A DNA stretch of 63,202 bases, the filler included, from Octopus bimaculoides (taxonomy: Eukaryota): the NCBI RefSeq assembly GCF_001194135.2. It is 10 parts of 8 records of this genome, joined end to end, with 100 filler letters (N's around TTAATTAATTAA, not from the genome) between each part and the next. Parts side by side here need not be neighbours in the genome. Positions count along the whole stretch, not along the records: positions 51,268 to 58,520 come from NC_068994.1; positions 58,621 to 60,863 come from NC_069007.1; positions 60,964 to 63,202 come from NC_068988.1; 7 more parts are not named here. One strand, 5' to 3'. This document shows positions 52,091 through 63,158 of this stretch, piece by piece (positions within the stretch are counted from its first letter, which is position 1; every line of letters begins with the position of its first letter). Made by a program: the position numbers and the translations under genes. The notes below the pieces were generated by a model. The model was given only the letters and a program-made list of their open reading frames with translations. It did not search any database and was not told the DNA's origin.

Positions 52091-53183
52091 GTTGGAGCAC
52101 CACTTTATATACTGGGACAACCCTAAGGTGGCTGATCTTAACAGTTTTGTATTGTTTTCTGACACTGCATACAGGACTATTTTATCCAATGTGACCTTCC
52201 TATTTAAGAAAGTAGAGTGTATGTTGGGTGAACTTTGTCACTATTTCTAGCAAACTGACCAACCAGTTAGAGGTTTCCCACTTTAGCTTGTCTCGTTATG
52301 ACTGCTTTTGTTGATCATCACCATCATCACAATTACCACAAGCTAACAACAACTTGTATCATGGAGTCAGCGCTTGTCATGTTACCACATCCATAACAAA
52401 ACTAATGAAATCCCTCAACCCTATGTCAACTCCTTTCACTTGCCAGCCCTGTTACAGAGTATACTGAGAGTATTTTACTATGGCATCAGCAACAGGGGTT
52501 GTTTGTTCCCAGGAAACCTAAAGAGTCATCTCTACCCTAGAATGTTGTCTCATTCTCAGCAAATAGAAAACAACATAATGACAAGGAACCAGGGTGAGGG
52601 TCTGACAGAAAAGACTACAATGCTACATGCATCAGAAAATACTTCATAATATGGCTGAAAGGTTTCATAGAGAATGGTCCCTGAAGCAGTATTTGATTCA
52701 CAGCTTACTGAAGGAATTATCTTCTGGAGAGATAGGCAGTTGGTCAAAGATGACAGAGACAGATAGACAGCAACATAGGAATATATTCACGTGTGTGTGT
52801 GTGTGTGCACATTCATCCATATATATCTATGAATATATTCATACATCTTAAAGACACAAGACCAATTCTTTTTATGATGAGGAAGATGCAACCAAGTTAT
52901 TATCATTGAGCCATCAAAGATTCACTTTAATCAGATGAAATTATGAAGTTTAGAAGAAATACAGAACCTTAAATACGTCTTTCTGAGTTTTGTTGGTATA
53001 AAATATGGTGGAATATGCAGAACGAGAAAGAGTGAGAGTTTTTCTATTCCTAACATGGCTGCCTTCATTTTTGATAATGACAGCACAGATTAATAATTAC
53101 AAAGGAAAATTTATTGTCACATTTACAAAGTAACTGGAATAAAATGATACACACACACACATACATATCCATAGACATATATA

Positions 53184-53230
<47 letters not shown>

Positions 53231-55450
53231 NNNNNNNNNNNNNNNNNNNNNNNNNNNNNNNNNNNNNNNNNNNNNNNNNNNNNNNNNNNNNNNNNNNNNN
53301 NNNNNNNNNNNNNNNNNNNNNNNNNNNNNNNNNNNNNNNNNNNNNNNNNNNNNNNNNNNNNNNNNNNNNNNNNNNNNNNNNNNNNNNNNNNNNNNNNNNN
53401 NNNNNNNNNNNNNNNNNNNNNNNNNNNNNNNNNNNNNNNNNNNNNNNNNNNNNNNNNNNNNNNNNNNNNNNNNNNNNNNNNNNNNNNNNNNNNNNNNNNN
53501 NNNNNNNNNNNNNNNNNNNNNNNNNNNNNNNNNNNNNNNNNNNNNNNNNNNNNNNNNNNNNNNNNNNNNNNNNNNNNNNNNNNNNNNNNNNNNNNNNNNN
53601 NNNNNNNNNNNNNNNNNNNNNNNNNNNNNNNNNNNNNNNNNNNNNNNNNNNNNNNNNNNNNNNNNNNNNNNNNNNNNNNNNNNNNNNNNNNNNNNNNNNN
53701 NNNNNNNNNNNNNNNNNNNNNNNNNNNNNNNNNNNNNNNNNNNNNNNNNNNNNNNNNNNNNNNNNNNNNNNNNNNNNNNNNNNNNNNNNNNNNNNNNNNN
53801 NNNNNNNNNNNNNNNNNNNNNNNNNNNNNNNNNNNNNNCTGCTCTGTGTATATATTTCACCCTAGTCTTCAGCTATGTTTAACATTGATTTCAATACAAT
53901 TACAATACTTCATCTGCACACTGAGAGATGTTATCATTAATAAGAATAACAACAATAATAATAATGATAATCACTGAAATATCTCACTGAACCAAGCAGA
54001 AATATTCCTCCATGATTGAATATTACAATAAATACACATATTTGATATTAATTTGTATTATTAGAAATGAAACAACAGTTGAGGTAGGTATTTGTCAGTG
54101 ATATAAGGGCCCTTTATAACAGTATCTTAGCATTTTCTCCCATCACAACACTATGTGAAATAAGTGCAACTGCCTATCTTCCTGTATATTTATATATTTG
54201 TCGGACAATACTGTGTTTCTAGGAAATGAAAATGTGAATAATCCAAGATGGGTGTAGACTTACTTTTATTGTCTGATCCATAATCTGGAGCTCTTGGCAG
54301 CAGAGTGTGACAGTCTGGAGAAATGCGTAGCAGGTTGTAAAAAAAGTGTGTTGAAGTTGGTGATAGTGTGTGTGGTTGTGGATCAGAGGCTGTAATGGCT
54401 GCTGCTGCTGCTGTTGCCGCCACTGCTGCTGCCACTGCTGCTGTTGCAGTCTGCTGCAATCACACACACACACACACACACAGACCATTATGGAAGTGAC
54501 TACAGACATTATGTTGTCACTACTTACAGGAATCAAACTCCCTCAAATTTCAGCTTAGTTTAACTATTTGTAAAGTGTGTGTAGAATATATAAACATTTG
54601 ATGTATATTATATATATATACATATGTGTTATTGTTTATGTGTGTATAAATTTGTTCTAGTATTTGAGTAAATGGTGTGTGTGTGTGTGCGTGTAGATTA
54701 TATATACATTAAAGTATGCAAGTAGAATGTTTATATATATTCTGTCTTTGTGTAAAATGCATATATTGCAATGTGTGTGTGGTGTGTGAAATGTGTATTT
54801 CCAATGTGTTGGTATTTGTGTATTTATATATACATGTGTGTATTTAAATGTGAGTGTAGAATGTGCAGATACAAGTATGCATCTGGAGTAAAATGTGCCA
54901 AGAATATTTCAAAGATTGGTGAAATGTAATTCCTTAAATCATTTTTTTAGAATGTTTTTAATTTATATCAATAATTTCTTACAAAGTTATGTGAAGTTAT
55001 CTGGGAAGTAGTGGCTTTCATGCATGGCTAGCAGCATTTAGGGCTTAGCTAAAAAAGAAATCTTGTTATTTGAACCTGGGACCCTAACTGTTTCTATGTT
55101 TCTATGGGTGTACATCATGCGGTAGACCACTGCAACTTCACATGCATATCAAAGATATCTCCCGACATGATATGGATTTATGGTGTTCCCACATTCACTA
55201 CATGTTGGAGACTCTTCCACACCATGTGGAACTATTACATACAGAACTCAGCACATGATAGAGACCTATTCTGGAGATCCAGCACATGTTGGAAATGTAC
55301 AGTAGTGAGATCTTTCCCATGTGGTGAATGTATGCTGAGGAAGTTTTACTGCATGTAGCAAATGACCATGTGGAGTTATAAACATCATTAAACAATAAAA
55401 CTAACTTAGCATAACACTTAAACTGATATTTTCAGACAAATATGTTGAGT

Positions 55451-55514
55451 GACACCATGGAATGATGACACCATGGAGTGACGACACTATGCAGTGATGA
55501 CACCCAAGGGTGAT
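55451..55514. repeat. 16-bp tandem repeat x4
   Basis: GACACCATGGAATGAT / GACACCATGGAGTGAC / GACACTATGCAGTGAT / GACACCCAAGGGTGAT. Confidence 0.85.
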
Positions 55515-55879
55515 GAAGTGGTAGATGTTTAGAAGTCCATTGAGTGTTGTGATACTTCCTACATGAAGACTTAGGGAAGAAGAGTGATGTGTCTTGTTGA
55601 AGGATTGAAAGTAACTGCTGGAGACATTGCAGTTGTTAATGTTGTTGTTATAATGGTTGTTGTGTGAAGTAGTGAGTAGCTGTAAAGAGTGTGACTATTT
55701 GAGATATGTTATTGTTGTTGTGACTATATCCAGTAGTGAAATGGTGTTGTTGCACTTGTATCCAGGGGTTAAATGGCTGTTGTGACTGTATCCCATCTAG
55801 AGTGACATCTACTTTTTAATTCGAGTTGGTAACTGAAAAAGAAGTAAAGAAACCGATCAGTCATTGATTGATATTTTAG

Positions 55880-56097
55880 GAATATTATTGATTTCAAATA
55901 TTTAGCACAAGGCTAGCAATTTCAGTGAAGGAGGGGTGAAAGTAGTCAATTACCTCAATCCCAGCACTTTACTGGCCCCGGAAGGGTGAAAAGCAAACAT
56001 GACTTCTGCAGAATTTGAACTCAGAACGTAGAGAACAGACAAAATGCCACTCAGCATTTTGCCCAGCATGCTAACGATTCAGCCAGTTTGCTGCCTT
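55880..56097 (-). mobile_element. SINE family B, diverged
   Basis: GCACAAGGCTAGCAATTT...GAATTTGAACTCAGAACGT...GCATGCTAACGATTCAGCCAGTTTGCTGCCTT. Confidence 0.7.
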
Positions 56098-56497
56098 ATT
56101 TTAGGAATAATATTAACATGAAGTTTCGTTTTTATCTCTTCGAACAAGGGAATCTAGCACCCCCACTCAGCTCAAAACAATATCTGTGTATCGCGATTTC
56201 CAGGTTATTTCCCTTCATCAGTACAAGGACTAAAATTACAGCAACATTCGTCCTAAACCAGCACTGCTATGTTATGTTGGCAAACAATCTTTTATCTCTG
56301 CTGTTATTGAGGATATGGCCATGGTTGATGTGCAGGGAAGGAATCAGCAGGAATTCTATGTGTAAATCAAAGAAGTATGATGGGATCAGAGGTTGACTGA
56401 CAGAAAGGGTCACCTTCATAGGTGGAAGACACACAAGTAAGTAGTAAGAGTTAAACATGAAACAAACTGCAACAACTCCCCAGAGGTTGTACAGAAT

Positions 56498-56900
56498 GTG
56501 GGGGAAGCTTCTGTTATGGACAGTGGGGGTCACCTCAGTAGTAGTGCCAGTAGGGTCTCTGAAAGAACAGTTGCTAGAGTAAGAACAGGATGGGAAAAGT
56601 TCAAGGAACTATTATTTGTGTTGTTATTAAAGGGCTTTTCTTTCATCATGAAAGACAGATTGTTTGATACTTGTGTATGAAGTGCACTGCTGCATGATGG
56701 CAAGATATGGCCTTGGAACGGTCAAAGGCTGGAAAGAAATGAGCGTAGCATGCTCCATTGGATGGGTAATGTTAGTGTGCATGAATAATGTCACAGTTGA
56801 AATGAGATGAGAGAAAAACTGGTATAAGAGGAACCAGGAGTAGTGTGTAAGGGGGAAGGCTGAGGTGGTATGGGTATAGGGGGACAAAAATGGGTGTCAA
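56498..56900 (+). mobile_element. Decayed RTE-clade LINE RT C-terminus
   Basis: VARVRTGWEKFKELL..L..KGFSF.MK.RLFDTCV, then RLERNERSML.W. Confidence 0.75.
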
Positions 56901-57829
56901 GGGTTTCTGAAACTGAGTTCTTTAAGTGCTGTTTGTCCCACCCACACTTAACAAGAAAACTTCTCATACACCCTACCACATCGAACCAAATTACATCTCT
57001 CCATCTCTACACTTCTCTACATTTCCATTTCATGCTCTATGCCTACCTACCACTCCTCAATCCTGTCCTCTTGGCCCTGTTCCACTATATCATTGCTCTC
57101 CGCTAGCCCCTGATTTGTGTGTTCCACCCACACACCCTGTCTCACTGTATCATTGCTCTCTGCTAGCCCCCACCTGTGTGTTCCACCCACATGTAACAAG
57201 AAAACTTCTCACACATCCTACCCCAACAAACCAATCTACATCTTTACACCACTTCTCTTCCTCACATTTCCTCCTTCATGCACTATGCCTACCTCTCACT
57301 CCCCAATCCTGTCCTCATGGCCCTGTTTTTCTGTATTATTGCTATCCGGTAGCCCCACCCCACCAATCTATATATATACTCAGGTTCTCACCACCCTCTT
57401 CTCCCTCCTCTGCACTCTCCAATCATGCTTCTTTCGCAATATCCTGTCACTTATATTGTGATTTTCGAACCTCAAGGGTATGCCCTGACACTTGCTGCCA
57501 TCTGTATCTCTCTCTTTCTTCGCTTAACCATCCCATTTATATTCTGATCCCTGTACTTTGTGAGTATACCCAGCATTCTGCCACCATCTATCTCTATCCT
57601 GCTGTCTCCCACTCTCTCTCTCCTCCTCCTGCACTTCCCTCAGGTTGGGTAACCATGTATTTCCTTTGCAGTAGTGCACCTGTTTCTGTCTTCATTCCTG
57701 ATATCTCTCCCTCTCTCTCATGTTCTGTCTCTACCTCACTATAATCTTTTATCATCTGACATAAGATCACCTCCTCCAAAGCCCCGTCTCTTCTCAAAGA
57801 TTTTTTTTTGTCTTGCAAGTACTTGGTAA

Positions 57830-58135
57830 CCCTGTCAGTGCAGGTACCACTTAAAAACTCCCAGTCCACACTGTAAAGTAGTTGGTGTTCAGAAGGGCAT
57901 CCAGCTGTAAAAACCTTGCCAAAACTGGCCTCAACTGCTCTTGAACCACATAGAAAGAATTAAGTCCACTCTGCTGAGTGGTTGCTGTTAGAAAGGGTAT
58001 CCAGCTGTAAAAATTAGGCCAAAACAGTTACAGAAGTCTGGTGCAGGTTTCTGCTTGGCCGGCTCCTGTCAAATCATTCCAACCATGCCAGCATGGAAGG
58101 CAGATGTTAAACGACAACGATGATGATGATGACGT
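57830..58135 (+). mobile_element. RTE-related SINE/LINE 3' tail with (GAT)n end
   Basis: AGAAGGGCATCCAGCTGTAAAAA occurs twice; ends CCATGCCAGCATGGAAGGCAGATGTTAAACGAC(AAC)(GAT)n. Confidence 0.55.
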
Positions 58136-58264
58136 TGATACAATCACCCGAGCACACACACACACATACAAATATGTATACAGAAAGACAAATAGACAGA
58201 TAGATAGATAGATAGACAGACAAAGAGACAGGCAGATAGAAAAATTATATCTATTGTAACTTAC

Positions 58265-58520
58265 CAATACTGTATTGGGTGGACTCTTCTCCAGGGTACC
58301 CGTGTTTGACCAATCAATCTGAGACTCATACTGCGGGTAAAAATCTTCCTTACATTCCACAAATGGCATGTTTCTATTATTCATCTCAGAAGAGTACCTC
58401 ACTGGGGTACCAGGAATACTGCTGCTCTGACACGGTAACGGTTGATCAATTCTGTTACATATAGCTGACCGATTAACACCTTTCCTAGTGCTCTTGGCCG
58501 AGCGAGACTGACCACTGCTA
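58265..58520 (-). CDS. Probable 3' end (cytoplasmic part) of a protocadherin large exon, open from the gap edge to a splice donor; here called gene A
   Basis: Manual translation from the gap edge gives 85 stop-free codons: SSGQSRSAKSTRKGVNRSAICNRIDQPLPCQSSSIPGTPVRYSSEMNNRNMPFVECKEDFYPQYESQIDWSNTGTLEKSPPNTVL, followed by TTG|GTAAGT (phase 0, intron starts 58264). It is Ser/Pro-rich, and the FYPxxESQxxW segment resembles my recollection of octopus protocadherin tails. It is on the same strand as the EC1 fragment. Family assignment is inference, not a database match. Confidence 0.6.
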
Positions 58521-58620
58521 NNNNNNNNNNNNNNNNNNNNNNNNNNNNNNNNNNNNNNNNNNNNTTAATTAATTAANNNNNNNNNNNNNNNNNNNNNNNN
58601 NNNNNNNNNNNNNNNNNNNN

Positions 58621-58770
58621 GTAGAATGTGTGCAGTACCCAGTAGTGCAATTTTCTGTATGTTATATATATTTGTAAGTCCTGGTGTTTTTGTTATGTAT
58701 TTGTCTGAATATTTTTTTATTATACCTAAGGCACCTACTATGATAGGAATTGTTTCTGTTTTTATCATCA
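58621..58770 (-). mobile_element. Fragment of an RLE-type retrotransposon C-terminus
   Basis: KTETIPIIVGALGIIKK...IQKIALLGTAHIL, homologous to the 13920 fragment. Confidence 0.8.
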
Positions 58771-58789
58771 TCATCATCATCATCATCAT

Positions 58790-58940
58790 TAAGGCGGCCG
58801 GGCGAAACGCTTAGTGCTTAATTTTGGGGGTCGATAAATTAAGTACCAGTGAAACACTGGAGTCGATCTAATCGTCTTACCCCTTCCCCCAAAATTTCAG
58901 GCCTTGTGCATATAGTAGAAAGGATTGTTGTTGTTATTAT
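58790..58940 (+). mobile_element. SINE family B, internally deleted
   Basis: AAGGCGGCCGGGCGAAACGCTTAG...GGGGTCGATAAATTAAGTACCAGT...AAATTTCAGGCCTTGTGC. Confidence 0.75.
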
Positions 58941-59355
58941 CAAAGAACAGAAGGAGACCGGCAGTTGGTGCAATTTGTTATTGCTGCTGAAACTGCTGCA
59001 ATTGTTACGGTTGCTGTTGCTGCTACTGCTGCAGCCGTTGTTGTTATTCCTGCTGCTGCTGTTGCCACGGTTGTTTGAGTGAAACGAGCAGACACGGTTG
59101 AAAGTCTTGTTCATATAAGACGACATTTTTAATGCCTCTTCGTTCTGCATATAAGAGGGGGGGGCCGGATGGGTGACGCGGATAGTTGTCATGCATCACC
59201 ACTCAACCAAAGAGCAGCAGCAGTAGCAACAACAACAACAACAACAACAACAACAACCCTAATTATTTATCTGCCTACCGTCGTTGACACACACACTTGT
59301 AATATATGTACATATACACCTCTGTTTTATCAACCGATCTATATCTATCTTCTTT

Positions 59356-59398
<43 letters not shown>

Positions 59399-60734
59399 GT
59401 GTGTGTGTGTGTATGTCTGTCTGTCTGTCTGTCTATCTATTTATCTATTTATCTATGTATGTATGTGTGTACGTATGAATCTATCCAACTGTTTGTGTAT
59501 GTGTCTGTCTGCTTATCTATCTATCTATCCATCTGCTTGTTTGTCTGTTTGCCTCTCTTTCTCTCTCTCCCTCCNNNNNNNNNNNNNNNNNNNNNNNNNN
59601 NNNNNNNNNNNNNNNNNNNNNNNNNNNNNNNNNNNNNNNNNNNNNNNNNNNNNNNNNNNNNNNNNNNNNNNNNNNNNNNNNNNNNNNNNNNNNNNNNNNN
59701 NNNNNNNNNNNNNNNNNNNNNNNNNNNNNNNNNNNNNNNNNNNNNNNNNNNNNNNNNNNNNNNNNNNNNNNNNNNNNNNNNNNNNNNNNNNNNNNNNNNN
59801 NNNNNNNNNNNNNNNNNNNNNNNNNNNNNNNNNNNNNNNNNNNNNNNNNNNNNNNNNNNNNNNNNNNNNNNNNNNNNNNNNNNNNNNNNNNNNNNNNNNN
59901 NNNNNNNNNNNNNNNNNNNNNNNNNNNNNNNNNNNNNNNNNNNNNNNNNNNNNNNNNNNNNNNNNNNATCTATCTATGTACGCACTTATACGTATACACA
60001 CATACATGTGTGTATGCATATATACAACTCTCTCTCTCCCTTTCTTCCCACATACATATACGCAGGCATAGACACACATTAACATATATGTGCATACGTA
60101 TGTGCGTGTGCATACGTGTGTGTGTGTGTGTGTGAGTGCGCATACGTATGCGTTTGTGTATATATACGTGTACGATCCTCTACATCCAATTATTCTTTCA
60201 TTCGTTCCAGTCCCAGCGCTACGGCCATGCTGGGTCACCGACTTTCAACGGTAAAATCGATCATATTGACTCCAGTACTTGCAGACTGGCTCTTGCAATA
60301 TCGATCAGTTTATATAATACAACTTTTGTTTAAACAACTTTTAGGCAGAAATGAGAGCAAGACAGTGATGATAAATAATTACTGGGCTTCCGAAATTGGT
60401 CGGGTGGGGAGAGAGAATGCTGTCCATAAAGAGGGGACATGTCCCGAATGCCTGAAACATTGTGGTTTCCGCTAAAAGCACTCGAAGTGCTAGGAGGTGT
60501 TTTTCAACTGGATAATGACAACAGAGTGGACCCTACTAAAGATAGTTAAGGACCAAGTGCTGGTGTTAAACTGGATTTCGGCATTGATTTGCCTCTGGGT
60601 GTGGGCCATTGCAGCATTCGAACTCGGGACGCAAATAGCCGGGACAGTTACCGCAAAAGCACATGGTGCGATGGTTTTGTAGTTCATCATCAACATCGTC
60701 ATCATTACCAACATCATCATCATCATTATCGTAA

Positions 60735-60769
<35 letters not shown>

Positions 60770-60969
60770 ATCATCATCAGCATCTTCATCACCATCATTT
60801 TCCTCATCGGCGTCATAACCCTCGGACATTATTATCTCAAGTACCAAGATTCGTAAGGCCGGTNNNNNNNNNNNNNNNNNNNNNNNNNNNNNNNNNNNNN
60901 NNNNNNNTTAATTAATTAANNNNNNNNNNNNNNNNNNNNNNNNNNNNNNNNNNNNNNNNNNNNTATATA

Positions 60970-61300
60970 TAATGGCTGAGTAGTTAGAGCGTCGAGCTCA
61001 CAATTATAAAGTAGTAAGTTCGATTTCCGGACCGAGCTGTTTGTTGTGTTCTTGAGCATGTTGCTCCAGTTTTTCCACTTCACTCAGCTGTAGAAATGAG
61101 TTGCGACGTCACTGGTGCCAAGCTGTATCGGCCCCTTTGCTTTTCCATTGGATAACATCGGTGGTGTGGAAAGGGGAGGCTCATATGCATGGGTGACTGC
61201 TGGTCTTCTATAAACAACCTTGCCCTGGACTTGTGCCTCGGAGGGTAACTTACTAGGTGTAATTCCATGGTCATTCATGACCGAACGGGTCTTTACCCTT
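60970..61300 (+). mobile_element. tRNA-derived SINE, family C-like
   Basis: ATGGCTGAGTAGTTAGAGCG...AAGTTCGATTTCCGG...GTGTTCTTGAGCA...TTCACTCAGCTGTAGAAATGAGT. Confidence 0.7.
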
Positions 61301-61325
61301 TTCTTTATACACACAAACACGCGTG

Positions 61326-61720
61326 TTTGGCAGGCGAGGTTACGTCGAAGAAGTTTTCTTCCCAACCATATGGTTCTGGATTCAGCACCACTATGTGGCG
61401 CCACACGCGAGTGCTTTCTACTATAGCTCCGCGCCAATCAGTCTTGAGAGTGGATTTGGTAGACGGAAACTGAAAGTAGCCTGTCATGTATACATATATA
61501 TGTATGTGGGTGTTTGTGCGTGTATGTGTGTGTGTTTTTTATGTATGTGTGTCTATGTGTGTATGTGTGTCTTCGTGTTTGTCTCCCAGATCGCTCGACA
61601 GCGGAGTTGGTTTGTTAACGTCCCCGTAACTTAGCTAAAAGAATGAGTACCAATCTTAAAACGTTCAAGGTAGTGTTCAAGCATGGCCGCAATCCAATGA
61701 CTAAAACAAGTAAAAGATAA
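61326..61720 (+). mobile_element. SINE family A, old diverged copy
   Basis: TTCCCAACCATATGGTTC...GTGGATTTGGTAGACGGAAACTGAAAG...CATGGCCGCAATCCAATGACTAAAACAAGTAAAAGA. Confidence 0.75.
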
Positions 61721-62469
61721 TAGATATATATTGTGGATCTTTGTGTTCTTCGTCACAGTTTACAATTTTGTTCCAATTGCTTACCACACAGCCACTCCTG
61801 CGCCTATATATATATAGGATTAGATAAATCAGGGGACAACTGATGAAGGGAATGTTCTTTATGTTGCACGTCTCGTTTCTCTGTTGTTGTTTTTTTCGTT
61901 GTCCGAAAAAAAGTTCGTTTTCTATGTTTTTGTTATTTTATGATCTCGTTTCTCATTCTGTCCACGTTTTTTTTATGTCCTGTACCCATGTATGCATGTA
62001 TATATATATTTATATATAAAACAAATAATAAATGAGTATATGCATATATACGTACAGGTATGTGCATACCTACGTCTACCTGTATATATAGGAGCATATC
62101 TGGGTACAGGACATTGCAAACAAAACGTAGACAGAAAAATAATAATAATCAGAGCACAGAAAACACACAGGCCACATAGAGAACATTTTCCTTCATCAGC
62201 TGCCCCCATTCTAACACAGGCGTTTCGATGTGTGTGCGTGTGTATGTACATATATGTATGTATATATGCATATATTTATATATTATTTATATTATATATA
62301 TATATATGTGTGTAGGTATGTACATATATGTATGTATACATGCGTATGCTCATATATCATTTGTGTTTTATGAAGAGAAGTTGGCGATCGACACCCATTT
62401 CATAAAAATTGAATACCTCCCTTCGCTTCTTCATCTGTTTTTCTCTTTCCCTCACATACTCTTATATTC

Positions 62470-63158
62470 TCATCTATTTATCTATCAATCTGTCAATTCA
62501 TCCATCTATATACATATCTATCTACCTCCCTTCTTAACTATATCTATCTATCTATATATTTCTCTATTTGTCCATCAGTCTGTTTATATATCTATTCATC
62601 CAACATTCTATCTACTTATCTACCTATCTACCCATCTACCATCTATCTATCTAGCTATCTAGCTATCTCTCTATCCATCAATCTATCTATTCATTCAGCA
62701 TTCTGCCTATTAAACTACATATCTATCTATCTATCCATCTTTCTATTTGTCTGTCTGTCTATCTATCTATTTATTTATCTCTCTATCTACTCATCCATCT
62801 ATCGACCCATCTATCTAACTATCTCTCTATTTATCTACCCATCTTTCTATCTCCCCACCTATCTATCTCTCCATCCATCTATCTATCTCTTTGTCTATCT
62901 ATCTATCTATCTATCTATCTATTTATCTATCTACCTATCTATCTACCCAACTACCGACCTACCTATCTATCTACCAATCTATTTATTTCCCTACTCGTAT
63001 ATATATCTACCTACCAACTTAACTATATCTGTCTATCTATTTTCCTATACATCCATCCATCCATTTACCTATCACCTGATTTATCTACAAATGTATGCAC
63101 CCCTTCAACGACCTCGCCTTCAACTTATCTATATATCTGTCGACCCATCTATCTGTCT

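Larger units (their letters stand above)
16007..60963. other. Nine artificial 100-bp gap linkers (N44-TTAATTAATTAA-N44)
   Basis: The 12-mer lies at 16051, 21800, 29487, 34582, 42133, 44505, 51212, 58565 and 60908, each centred in N runs. It has stops in all six frames. Confidence 0.95.

Noticed and set aside
54521-54530. Strong minus-strand donor CCT|GTAAGTA as the end of a protocadherin 5'UTR exon
   Set aside because: No identifiable acceptor or promoter upstream; a single 7-mer is insufficient.
55451-55514. Short regular repeats (also 41674-41722, 22 bp x2) as a CRISPR-like array
   Set aside because: Tandem units without unique spacers, in a eukaryotic context, with no cas genes.
20145-60082. 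Long ORFs dominated by X (e.g. 42476-43915, 38132-39124, 53114-53977)
   Set aside because: They are open only because they run through N gaps; the sole real part is the RTE fragment at 43647-43913.
61778-61807. 30-bp perfect SINE-A 5' stub
   Set aside because: Real, but best explained by deletion of a SINE copy; no further structure.
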